Below are positions 13,489 through 25,990 of a stretch of 64,000 bases of DNA, one piece after another; positions within the stretch are counted from its first letter, which is position 1; each line of letters begins with the position of its first letter. The notes under the pieces were generated by a model, which worked only from the letters and a program-made list of their open reading frames with translations, did not search any database and was not told the DNA's origin. The stretch is from Takakia lepidozioides (lineage: Eukaryota > Plantae > Bryophyta). The position numbers and the translations under genes are program-made. Location: contig CM060733.1 of NCBI GenBank assembly GCA_030704615.1, positions 56,668,001-56,732,000 on the forward strand. Reading direction: 5' to 3'.

Positions 13489-15672
13489 TTGGTTGAACCC
13501 TCCTTGGGTATTATCCAAAGTGGATTCCAGCCAAACATTTCTCTGCTGAACACGCTTGTGAACATGTATGCCAAGTGTGGCAGCGTGGTGGATGCACACC
13601 AAGTGTTTGACAAAATGCCTGAAAGAGATGTAGTTACGTGGAATATAATGTTAGCAGGATATGCAAAGCATGGGCGTGGTAGGGAGGCTTTGGAGATATA
13701 TGAGCAAATGGTACAGGAAGGGGTGATCCCAAATAGGGTCACATTCGTTTGCGTTCTGAAATCATGTGCCACAATGGGAGCCCTGGAAAAGGGCATAGAG
13801 GTTCGTAATGACATCATGAAAACTGGAATTGTGCCAGATATTATTTTGGGGAATGCCCTTGTTGACATGTATGCCAAATGTGAGAGCATGAAGGATGCGT
13901 GCCAACTGTTTGAAAAGATGGTTAAAAGAGATGTGGTCTCATGGAGCTCTATGATAGCAGGATATGCTCAACGTGGGTACAGTGGGGACGCTTTGCAGAT
14001 CTACTACCAAATCTACAGGAAGGGGTGACCCCCAACAAGGTCACATTTACTTGCGCTCTGAATGCGTGTGCCCACCTAGGAGCTTTGGCAAAGGCTATAG
14101 AGGTTGAGGCCGACATCAAAAAAGCTGGAATTGTGCCAGATATCATTCTAGAGAATACACTTGTTGATATGCACGCCAAATGTGGGAACATAAAGGATGC
14201 ATGTGAAATGTTCAACAAAATGGCTCGACGAAATGTGGTCTCATGGAACACCATGATCAGTGGATATGCTCAACATGGCTGTGGCAGTGAGGTTTTTGAG
14301 ATCTATGAACGAATGTGGCAGGAAGGGGTGACACCAAATGGGGTCACATTCACTTGTATTCTCAATGTGTGTGCCAACCTGGGAGCCCTGGAAAGGGGTG
14401 TAGAGGTCCATGCTGACATCATGAAAATTGGATTAGTGCAAGACATCATCGTAGAGAATGCCCTTGTCGACATGTATGCAAAATGTGGACGCCTGAATGA
14501 TTCGCGGCAATTGTTTAACAGTATGGCTAGACGAAATGTGGTCCCATGGAACACCATGACTGCAGGATATGCTCAGCATGGGCGTGGTTGGGAGGCTCTC
14601 GAAATTTATGCACAAATGAGAGGGGAAGGGGTGATGCCTGACAACGTCACATATATTTGTGTTCTCAAGGCGTGTGTGAGTCTAGGAACCCTGGAAAAGG
14701 GCAAAGAGGTCCATGCTGACATCCTGAAAGCTGCAATTCTGCCAGATATTGCTCTGGAGAATGCCCTTATCGATATATATGTGAAATACGGGAGCATGAT
14801 TGATGCACATAAAACGTTTGTCAATATGGCTGAAAGAGATGTAGTGTCATGGACCACCATGATTGCAGGATATGTTGTTAGGGAGGCCATCAAAATGTAT
14901 GAGGAGATGATACAGGAAGAGGTGAGGCCCGACAGGTTCACGTTCAATTGCGCTCTCAATGCGTGTGCCACCCTAGGATCCCTAGAAAAGCGCAAGCACA
15001 TCCCTGCTGACATCAGCGAAAGTGGAATTGTGCCAGATATTATTTTGGAGACTACCCTTGTGGATATGTATGCTAAATGTGGGAGTATGGTGGATGCGTA
15101 TCAAATGTTCAACAATATGGCTGAACGGGATCTGGCCTCATGGAACGCGATGATCACAGGCTGTGCCCAGCATGGGTGCAGTAGGGAAGCCCTGTTTGAA
15201 CAAATGCAACATGAAAGGCTTGAAGCCGAATGATATCTCCTTTATAGGTCTTCTCTCTGCGTGGAACCACAGGGGCCTGGTGGACAAAGGCTGTTATTAC
15301 TTTGACTCCATGAGTCAAAATCGTGGCCTCACTCCTACAGTGGAACATTTTGGCTGTATGGTAGACCTTCTTGGCCGTGGAGGGCGTTTGGATGAGGCAG
15401 AGGACTTCATTAACAAAATGCCAGTGGAACCAGATGCTTCGGTGTGGAGGGCCTTGCTTGGTGCCTGCAGAATTCAAGGCAACGTGGAGTTAGCAGAACG
15501 TGCCGCAAAGGGCATTCTTAAATGTGATCCACAGCAGGAGGAAGCATATGTGCTGCTATCAAATGTCTATGCTGCAGCTGGGAGGTGGGATGCCAGAGCA
15601 AAGGCTAGAAAAATGATGGAGTACAGTGGTTTAGAAAGTAGCCAGGGAGCAGCTGTTGAAGGCAACAACTAA
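13489..15672 (+). pseudogene. PLS-class PPR protein (P-L-S triplets plus E domains), frameshifted, no DYW
   Basis: ORFs 13489-14028, 13941-15233 and 15163-15672 joined by frameshifts; repeated LVDMYAKCG and SWNTMI motifs; E-domain VWRALLGACRI...YVLLSNVYAAAGRW. Confidence 0.88.
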
Positions 15673-15930
15673 TTGCACATTTGTTGTCGACGGCAAAACT
15701 GCAACCAAAATGAAGGAGGAAGGGTGCACCTGACAGGCGCTTTATATTGAATGATGTGGAGGAGGTCATCCCAATGGGAGGCTGGGCTTAGCATTTGGCT
15801 CATTAGCATGCCCCTTAGCTCCCTATCCATGCCATCAAGAACCGTTGGGTCTGAGGTGACTCCCACACCACGACACAGATCATGGGATGAGCAGTTGTTT
15901 TAAGGACCACTTTCATGCACATTGCTTGTT

Positions 15931-17396
15931 TCACCAGTAATCCCCAGAAGAACAAACCCCATCTTGGAAGTGGTGAAAGCGGTTGGCATCCCGCCCAACA
16001 ATCTCCGAGATGAACTTGGTGGCTGTGTGGCAGTCACCACACACACGAAGGTTCTTGAAGATGCGAATAGGTGTCTGAGGGGGGGTGCTGATGAGCCCAA
16101 AAGCAATAGCCAGCCTCTCACTGTGATGGCAAAGAGAGAATTCCTTTTCCTCCTCCAAATCATGCAATACATATCGTGTGTCAGGAATATAGCCTGCCGC
16201 CTTCATGAAACCAGACAATCTCTTGAGCTCGGCATGGATTTCCTTAATTTGTGGATGCGATTCATCCCATCCCACAAATGTATGCACCAGGTTGTTAGCC
16301 TCAATGAAGCTGTGCCCTGCATCCTTAATGATACCCCTGCTCTCCAACAATTTTCTCACCTTTGCTTTATCTTCCCACCTGCCGGCGCATAGATGTTCGA
16401 CAGCAGCACAGAAGCCGCAGCTTGCTGTGGATCACTTTCTACAATGCTTTTCGCCGCACTTTCTGCAACCTCCACATCACAATGAACTCTGCAGGCACCT
16501 AGCAAGGCCCTCCACACAGATGCATCTGGTTTGATAGGCATGTTTTTGATAAAATCTTCTGCATCATCCAATTGGCCAAGCAAGTCCACCATGCAGCCAA
16601 AACGCTCCACAGTTGGAGCAAGCCCATGAATCTTGCTTATGGAATCAAAGTAATGAAGGCCTTCATCCACTAGACCACATGGCTGCATGCAGAGAGAAGA
16701 GATATGAAGGTTATACCATTGGGCTTCAAGCCCCTCCTGTATCATCTGCTCAAATAGTTGGACGACCTCCGTATCCCATTCTTAAGATGTCACGATGGAC
16801 CTTTCTGCCCTTTTCCAGTGCTCCAAGACTGGCACAGGCATTGAGAACACAAATGAAAGTGACCCTATCTGGCGTCACCCCTTCCCGTTGCATATGCTTG
16901 TAGATCTCAAACGCCTCCCCAGCGCACCCATGGTGGGCATATCCTGCTATCATTTAGTCCACGTAAATGCATTTCGTTCAGGCATTTTGTCAAATACTTG
17001 GCGTGCATCCACCACGCTCCCGCACTTGGCATACATGTTGACAAGGGTATTCAGTAGAAACAGGTTTGGTTTGAATCCACTTCGAACCATGTGTGCGTGC
17101 ACCTGTTCCCCTCTGCCAGGCCTTTCATGTTGGTGCACTCGTGCAAGATACAGACGTAAGTATCGGAGTCCGCCCGAATGCCTGATTGCTTCAAGATCTT
17201 TCAGTTGTCCTGCCTGGCACAGTGTCCTCACATCCCCATAGCTGAGAGAAGAGTTCTTCTTGACTTCCTCTCTTACTCCTCTTTCAATGGCACTGGTGAC
17301 GGTGGGGGTGCTAACACTGCCGCCAGCCCGATATCCTGGAATTACCTGCGTTTGATCCAACACTTTCATGCTGCATGATTCAAAAAACCCTTCCAC
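15931..17396 (-). pseudogene. Short PLS-E-DYW PPR RNA-editing factor, frameshifted
   Basis: Four frame-broken ORFs; DYW domain with [18 protein letters not shown] and terminal DYW. Confidence 0.88.
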
Positions 17397-20300
17397 CTAA
17401 GGAGGGTTCGACCAATTCTCAACCCAAAATCCCTCCAGTGTGCGCTTGGGTTTGAAGTCCGGTGCAAGCAGAGGAGCAGTCTTAGCCATCAGTTGCAAGG
17501 GTCCAGCGTCCAGCACGCCTACACCGCCCATTTCCTGTCTGCCTCGTTGTGATCCTAACGACGTGGTGACGACCTCCCCTTCGTATGTCTGGATGGTCTC
17601 ACAACAAGTCCCAGTGAGAGTACTGATACTTCCTGCAGCTTGGAATTAATGCATTCAGGGGATTATCCTTGGCTCGCCGCCCTATCCATCCTCCTGAAGA
17701 CCTTAAGTTGCCCTCTGGTAGATGTGCTTTTTGTCCAATATTATCATCTTTCCAAGCTCAAAGAAGGGATCCAATTTGAAGATCCCTCATACTCTGCACC
17801 TGGACATATAGCACACAGGGCATTAACAGATTACAGAAGCAGAAGGGTTTTAATACTGAGCAACTAGACACAGAAGAAGGGATGTCATCACAAGCGTTGG
17901 AAGATCTTGTCACACACCCCGGTACACATGTGAAATACGACCACCTCAGGAGGTATCAGTTATGATTGAAGCTATCAATGAGATAGCTGTTGGCACTCCC
18001 ATTTCAGATTGACTTGTGTGTTCTCACATCGATCTACGACTCTTGATGACTCTGGTAATCTCAATCATGGGTGCTCTTTTTTTCTATGGGAGTCCCGCAC
18101 CTTGCCATTCTCGCCTATTATGGCAGGTAATGGCTCCGAGGTTCAAAATGGGGGTCTCAAAAATCTGACAAGGCCATTTGAGACGCCTACCATTTGGACA
18201 AAACCATAGGTTTCCATCTCTCTCTGTCTCCATACCACAGGTTCATCTACTCAGAGTTGTACTCAGGCAGGAAGGCAACAACACTTCCTGGATTGCAACT
18301 AGCAAATGCTAAAGCACAGTCAATATTTATTTGCAATGATGGCCCACACGCCCACACCCAAAACTTGCCTTCGTTCATGACAAACTTTGTAGCCCAACAT
18401 GCAGTCCTTTCAAATTTTGCCCTGTTTGGCGGCACAATGACCAACTGCTACATTTATCTTGCTTCCGCTGGAAAATCAAAACTGAAGAAGTGGGTCAGGT
18501 AGAGAGATGACAAAGTGACAACGTACCTGTCAAATACCTTGCCAGAAGGTACCATGGATAGTTGGCTGCAACCTGTAATCAAGCAGTGAACCCAATCCGG
18601 AGACAGCACTATCAGTGCCATTCAATACCTTAAATTAACCACTATTCCTGCTAAAGTTATGTACACTGCTATCTGAAAAACAGTGTACATGTAGCAACAT
18701 GCGTTTCACTGGGATCAGTGCAACGCAGGGAGATGGCGAAATGGCGGGGGCAGCTGCCCAAAAAGCGCACGCCAGTTTAGATTTAGCACTAAGGGGGCGG
18801 GGGGGGGGGGTACTGCTAAAATTCGCTGTAAACTAGGAAGGATTATCTTTAGCATAGATAGCAGTAGTTAGTGCTAAAATATTTAGAGCAGGTGGTGGTT
18901 CTGCCAGGAAGTCTCGTGGGGGTCTGAGAGATAGGCAGAGGGGAGGTTGTGGGCGCGGTAACAGGGAGGCGGTGAAGTGATTTTTGAGTTATGAAAAGGA
19001 GTCCCGTTGCTGAAAGCCATTAGAGGATTCAGTAGATTGGTGATGTGAAGGTTATAATCACAATCTGAGGCACATAAGCTGGGAGGTTCCGATGTGCTTG
19101 GGTGAGGAAACTTGGAAGCCTGTGCTGGAAGTCGTATAAGGATCCACCATCAGCTTGTCAAGATTTTTGGCAAAAGGAGAGGTAAGAAACGCTAAACGGA
19201 GGGGCTGTGGCAACAGTTGAGATAGTATATCGCGTCTCTCCGTGAGAGTAACTGGAAAGAAAGTCTCAAGAGTTGAATCTTCCATCATTCAAAGCAATTT
19301 CTGGACTCTTTTGAATAGAATTATACTGCAAACGTTCGTTACCACTGGGGTACAGAAAGGTCAGACTTTTTTTTGCCAAGGTTTTCCTCAGTCGGGGTTT
19401 CAGTGATTTGCAAATGGTAAGCAATTTTCCTTAAAAATCCAGGCTTTTAGATTCACAAAATATCAGTTTCAGCCCTTTGATGCTCCCAGCCCAGATCCAG
19501 GGCACTAAATTGACTGCTTTTGGCTTTTTGGTAAGCCTGGATTTGTCAACAGTTGCTATATTTGATGTATCCGAGACCTCCACCCTCAGTGATCCTCGCC
19601 GATTCTGGCAGACTTCTAGCTAAGTCGCATCACATCATTCATCATTCTGCAGAGATTGCAGCAGATGGAAAAGCAAATGTTCCACTCTGTAGGGTTTAGC
19701 TTTTGACCACAACCAAATGCATCTACAGAGGCATGCCATTGTACACAAGCTTTTTTGTGGCCTGCTGCAACCTAGCGCTGTGGTACCAGTCAATCTGGGA
19801 AGGTCCAGACCTTGTGAGGTCTGATTGATATGAATTGTTGAGAGATCAGAAGCAGCTTCAGATTTCCTTGAGCCATGTTGTGAAATTATGGGTCAGACCT
19901 AGTAAAAAAACGCAAGGAAGCCTCACTTGGACGGCCTAGTTCATTTTATGAGATTGAAGGATTGAAGGATTTAACGCCTAACAATGTGATGCTTCCATAA
20001 CTTATCAGTTTTGGGGCAAAGTAAATGATTTATGGTTCTGTTATAATTCTCTCAAGACAGGTGTCATGATGTTTGGTTAGCCCATTTCATGGTGAATGCG
20101 TGTGTACATGATTTGCGTGCGCTGTGTGGACGGAGGTTATTGCAGGATGCACAGGAGTATGTGTGGAGAGTCGCCATTTAGCTGGACTTCCAGGATAACC
20201 AAAGAAAACCAAGAAACAATTCAGTGGGCAAGCTGGTAGCCGCTGGAGATTAGAACAGGCTTTGATGGCTTGTGTATCTTTTGTTCAAGATACACAGATA

Positions 20301-20493
20301 CTTTAAGATTACTCCTCTTTCTCTGGAGGAGGGTTGCACTTTTAAGAGCAGAATTAGACAAATTAAGAAAGTACAGAGTACGGAATAGCAGGTTTGGTTG
20401 GGGCAGGGTTGTCAATGTGTAGATGTACTGATCTTCTCTGGGAATTACCAAGGGGCCATTTAACTACAGACTATACAAAGCAAGACTGACAGA

Positions 20494-22976
20494 ATGGACA
20501 TACTAGAGAATCTAGGGGAGAAAGTGGGGCTAGGAAACGTGGACCTGGAGAATATCAAGAAGCAGGCTTCCTTCTTCATTAAAGACAAGCTCAAAGTTGC
20601 GCGCCTTGCCTTCACGGATGTCACTCCTGCCCAGTTGTAAGTTTGTCTTCTGTCTCTATTTCTGCCTCTGCCAGAAGTCAAAATTAGTGGTGAAAAAGTA
20701 AATTAGAGAAGATGACTGTTGTGGTGAAGTGCACATAGGGTGGAGGACATTATTTAATCAATGTCTTCATTAAGATGCATAGCCATGGTTCGGCTCTAAG
20801 TCAATCGGCTATGCCTTGATGTTGCTCTTTTTCATACTTCGGCTGAGATAGAAAGAGGGATAGGGGTAGTGTGGGCTAGGTGTTCTGATGAAAAGGGTGA
20901 TGGGGCCTCCATTTCTCCATGGGGGAACAGGATGACAGAAGAGGCCACAAATGATGATGAATGGGGCCCAGCCACAAAAGTGATGGCATCCATATCTGAG
21001 GCCTCATTTCATGTGGAGGAGTATACCCGCATTGTGCACGTCCTGCATGGAAGGTCGTCCTTTTTCATTGCAATGCTTCATGTCCTATATCTGAAGTAGC
21101 TACATGACTATGGACCTTTCCAGGGATGTGAAGTTCATATTGGGTTTTCTGGTCTTCATCAGATTAGCAATAAACCAAGATTAACTTAGGGGTTGGTCGC
21201 TTCAGGGCTTCAGCATATGATACGGCTGTACTTAGCAAAGCTGAGTAGCAGGTTGCAGTTGCTCTAAGGGATAAAAGTTGTGAGTGCACCTTGGTTACAT
21301 ATCGTACAAAACTAATCAACTATCTATGGTTTGCTTGTTGGGGGTGTGGCACTGCAGATTGGCACTGATAGGGAAGAAGTACTGGAGGCAGTTCTACAAG
21401 ACGCTAGTCCTCCTGGAGTATCTCTTAACTCATGGTCCTGAGCAGATGGTCATGGAGTTCCGCACAGATAGATACAATATTGAGGACCTTACCCGCTTCA
21501 ACTACGTTGATGACCGCCTGTAGGCTTCTTCCTTTTCTTGTCATAACCCTGGATGTTGCAGGCCTTGGAAGCTATCTGCACTTTGAAATCCTTGTATTAC
21601 TTGATTATGCCTTGTCACTTTCACCAGAGAGCACTTAAATTTGGGATTTCCTTGATTCTGGTTGTGTAGGGTGGACCGAGGATCAGTTGTCCAGAAAAAG
21701 GCAAAGCAAGTTTTGCAGTTCCTGATGGAAGATGAAGTCCTGAAGGAGGAACGCAGCCGTGCCCAAAAAATCTCCAAAGGCATTCTGGGCTTCGGGGGTT
21801 TCTCAACAGGAAGTAGTGCAGCCACTCCCACCCGGTTTTCCGTTGAAGGGTTTGGCAGTACACTACCATCTCATGGCTCCCAGGGCCTCATGTTTGATAG
21901 TCTCTCCCCATCCTTCCTGGATACAAAAGGAAACAATCTCGACCAAACGTTTACAGTTTATGAGGAAAACAATTTCCCACATGATAATATGCATCAGCAG
22001 GAAAAAGTGAACACCAGTAGCGGTCGAAGCTCAAGCACCGACTGGCATGCATTCGAGGACGACATCATAAGGCCCCCTTCTTTGCAGAGCATCAATGATT
22101 TTGGTTGGGCAGATTTCTCAGTAAGTGGATGAAATCTACTCTACCTTGTTTTATGATGTCCTTATCAGGTGCCTATTGGTCAGGTTGTGCAGTCTAGAAG
22201 TTTACAGACATCCTTTTGTGATTTCTTATCCTTGTCCGTTGAGAGTCTCTGATTGTTAGTCTTAGCTCCAGTTTTCAGGTGTTGCCACCCATTTTCCTCT
22301 GGTGTCTAACCATGGCATGGTATGCGACCTGTGAAGTTGAACTCTCTAAGTCATGAGAAAGCTGTAAGACCCTGCAGCACGAAGAGCTGGATTTCCTTGC
22401 CTTTCTAATAAACTCAAGTTCTTTTGGCTGAAAGTGGGCTGTCAGTGAAGTGCTCTAATTTGCCCACTCTTGCTGCAGAGTTCTAGCCCCGGCAGGAGTC
22501 CTAACACAAATGGTGCGTCGACACCCATAAGTGCTGACTGGTATCCCTTTGAAGAACCTGTGGGGCCCTCTTCTTTGCAAAGTTCTACCCGGAACAGAAC
22601 TCCCAATACTGGTGGACAGACCCCTCAAAGCACATTGGATTCTCCTATCCACGGGCTCTCAGAGAGAGGGCCCAAGTTAATTACTCTTTCAGCACAAAAG
22701 AACGACCCTCAAATCAATGCTGGGGCTAACTGGTCAGTGCCATCTTTTGTTAAGTTCACCTTACCACCACCCCCACCTCCACCAGGTGGTTCAAAAGTTG
22801 CTGTAAAAGTACCAAGGGCCCTGGAATCAGTGCAAGCAGTCCCAGATCTTATTGACATGAGCGATGAGGTCCCAAGTATTTCTTCTGACTTGGCATCACT
22901 GGAGGACCAGGAATCTCTGAGTAAGATGGCAGTTCAGCCTAGTAAAGTAGATGGCATAGTATATCTTCTGCTTTGA
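20494..22976 (+). CDS. ENTH-domain (epsin-like) protein, 5 exons
   Basis: Exons 20494-20636, 20931-21053, 21358-21519, 21670-22120 and 22479-22976 are all GT-AG and in frame; ENTH motifs TEEATNDDEWGP, WRQFYKTLVLLEYLLTHG, LKEERSRA; C-terminal DLIDM clathrin-box-like motif. Confidence 0.88.
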
Positions 22977-23872
22977 GTTCCCATCTCCTCCATTCAGAAT
23001 GTACAAAAGGTGGTGGCATTACCCTTATTTTGGTTTTGTAGTCAGTTGGTGCCTTGTCTTTATGCCTCCTTTTTGCGAAACTTCCGACCACCATGAGTGC
23101 TTAGTTTGAAGTGATATGGAATAAGATACCATAGAAATGGTGCCATGAGGTGTGCTCTCTGTGCATCCAAATAGGAGATAGAGGAACTGTAGAGAGTTGT
23201 GTATGCCCTACATTGTGCCTAGCATAGGCTTGTGTAGCCAGGAAAAGGAGGTGAGATATTGGACACAAGGAGATGGGAAGTGCATGGGAGATTCAAGGGG
23301 AAGAGGCTTATTTATGCAAACTCCGGTTGGCGTCATCTCTCTCTCTTTGCCTAAATGACGAGTTTTGAGCTTGGTGAGGATGTGGTTTAGCTCTTCAAGA
23401 GAGCGGGAGCTTGCAATGAGGAGGCACCTACATGTGTGGAGGAGGTGCCCACAGAGCGGAGGGAGATTGTTCATCCAAGGTCGCTCACATGCAGGTGTAT
23501 AGTACACAAGACACAGGGTGTATGCCAGGGTGTCCAAAATCCAACCTTCAACTTTGAGGCTAACTTGAACCAGAGGTTGCATGCTTGGTCACCTGTCAAC
23601 AAGAAATAGGGCAGCCTTGAGCTGAGTAGGGTATGTTGACCATACACTTAAGGACGTTTTCATGCTTGTAGGATGAATTTTTGAACTGAATTTATCTGTT
23701 AAAAAATCATTACAAAGCTTTAAAAACATGACATTTGGACAAGATTAGTGAATCTTAGGTCTACCTGAAGGAGAGGGGGTCCCAAACAAATGCTGATGAG
23801 CTCCATAGTGCATCCATAACCATTGGTACCTTATTATTTATACGTGTAAAACTAGGTTTGATTACAAAGAGA

Positions 23873-24490
23873 CTACCCGTACCCAGCGAGTTTATTTCCG
23901 GCTTGCAAAGCTGACAGAACGCCCGAGCATACACCGGCCGTCCTGCGGAGACTTTGTGATTTCCATCTCTCTTCCAGAACCATCGTTTCTGGCCAGAAGG
24001 AAGGAGGCCAATGCATCTTGTATCCATCCATTTCAAAGTATAGCTTCAACCTTTCTATGCCCGGCCTCTCCACTCTCCGATCCGCGGGCAGTGGTTTCAT
24101 TCTGCAAAAGGGGATTCTGGGTGGTTGTCCCTTCCGCAAGGAGTATGTGTGATTCAAGGCACTTGACGCCATCAGCTCGATAGCCTTTCTCCGCCGGTCC
24201 ACTGCTGTGAGGACACCATCGGCGGCTGCAGGGTCTGTGGACACCTCGGGCTGATCTTGGATTTCACCGGGCTCCTCATGAGTTCCACCGTGCAAGCTTC
24301 CAGCTCCAAGGTAAGGACGAGCATTGACGCTCATGGGACTTGCGTCCCCTGTGCGTGGAGGAGTAATGGCGCCTCTTCCCAACCCGCGCGAATGAGTGCC
24401 AACCCTTCCGCCACTCCGACCTCTCGTCGTAGACCTCCCTCTTCCCTCGCTTGTAGTTTGGGATGTGGAGACTATTCGGTGGCGAAGCAC
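23873..24490 (-). pseudogene. Truncated transposon-associated ORF with a possible ParB-like N-terminal segment
   Basis: Basic RG-rich N-terminus followed by RIPFCRMKPLPADRRVERPGIERLKLYFEMDGY, resembling (from memory) ParB-like ORFs of bryophyte repeats; downstream core missing. Confidence 0.35.
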
Positions 24491-25183
24491 GCGCCCAACA
24501 GCTTGAGCGACCTATGCGTGAGGGTCCATTTTTTCGGACTGCTCATGCGAATGCTGGGAATGCTCCATCCTCTCCGAAGTCTTCTGAGGACAACTACAAA
24601 CTTGGAGAAGACTGCGGCAGGAGGACACGATGAGTGGAGAGGGGCGTGCAAGGGAGTTGAAGTGGAAGCACTGGGCAGGGCGATGTCGAACAAGGGGGAA
24701 GAAGACAGGAATTGTAAAGGCATCTCCTTTGTGAAACCATGCGGAAAAGTAGCCTCCAACGGGTCCCTAAGTTGGCGTTGACACACCCTTCTGCATCATT
24801 TGATTTCAAGTCCCATTACGATGAAGGCATGTGGCGAAATTTTGTTTGTGGAACGAATGGACATACGGTGTCCTTTCACTGCGTCACTTCCTTTGCCTTC
24901 CCACGTAAGTGCCCCGCCGAAACCTTTCTGCATCGTGATTCGCCAAACCGGCGATCCAATACGATGAAGGCAACTGGCGAACAACGATTGGCGCAACCAT
25001 GTGTCCTTTCAATGCTGGTACGACAGAAGAAGTTCCATCCCGAATACGCTCCTTCATCGACGAGAAGGGACGAATTACCAAAATCTTCATCCGCCAAGAG
25101 GCGTTATTATGAACGCGTTCCGTGCACCGAGGAATTTTAGATACCCAAAATCAGTAGCCGATGCACTTCCCTTCATGATGGTT

Positions 25184-25562
25184 GATATAATCGGCACCAA
25201 TTATATCCTTCCAGCGACTCGAATAATTGCCATCTATGCCCATTTCCTTTCATCGACAATGTTTAAAGGGTGTCATGCGCTATTTTCATGGGTAACAGTG
25301 GATATAATTGGCACCGATTATATCCTTCCAGGGACTACACTCCTTCAAATTGGCGCCGATTTACCTAAGGGACTTCGTATCTTGCGCATTTTCGAACGAT
25401 CATGGTATATATAGTCGGCGCCGATTATATCTTGCTGGGATATCTTGAAAATAAATCGGCGCCGAATTACTTCAGAGACCTGTTGACAGATTATCCGGAG
25501 AACCAACAATAGTGCTGGCATCCTTCTAGGGACTTGGGCAATTATAATCGACGCCGGTTTAC
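25184..25562. repeat. Array of about 6 palindromic motifs, consensus GATATAATCGGCGCCGATTATATC
   Basis: Copies at about 25184, 25301, 25347, 25408, 25452 and 25541. Confidence 0.8.
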
Positions 25563-25574
25563 TGAAGGGGCACT

Positions 25575-25990
25575 TGTTGAGCGGCTTTTACTCACCCATC
25601 CCTTAGCTATCCGTGGTAGAAACTCCAAGATAGAAGAGTTGGAAATCTCTAAGTACTCAGCCCGCTCAGAACAATCAGTCATGACCTACAGCTAGTGTAT
25701 CATGGAGGTGTTCTTCTTCTCTCTACTTTGTTTACATTCATGATGTGGGACTCAAGCTTTAAATGTTTAAAATTATGCTACTGGTTGCTTATGCAACCTG
25801 CTAGTTCATTGCTCTAACTCTATCTACACATTCCACAACTTCTCTCTGGTCTCTCTACACATGTGAATGAGGAATAAGAATCTGCGTTAATAGTTGTGTC
25901 ATAAGTTAGGCCGAAGCCTTTCGTATCATTAAGTCTACACTACGAAGCCATCTCAACAACTTGCAAGCATCAAACTACACCCCCTCGTCT
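25575..25990 (-). repeat. 3' half of a divergent LTR (C), split by an inversion
   Basis: Reverse complement resembles the 3' end of the A/B LTRs; continues from 30466-31065. Confidence 0.7.

Noticed and set aside
18781-18880. Poly-G tract inside a short inverted repeat (MITE or G-quadruplex)
   Set aside because: Too short, with no TSD or second copy.
25184-25562. CRISPR-like array of palindromic repeats
   Set aside because: Irregular spacing, degenerate repeats, eukaryotic context and no cas genes.
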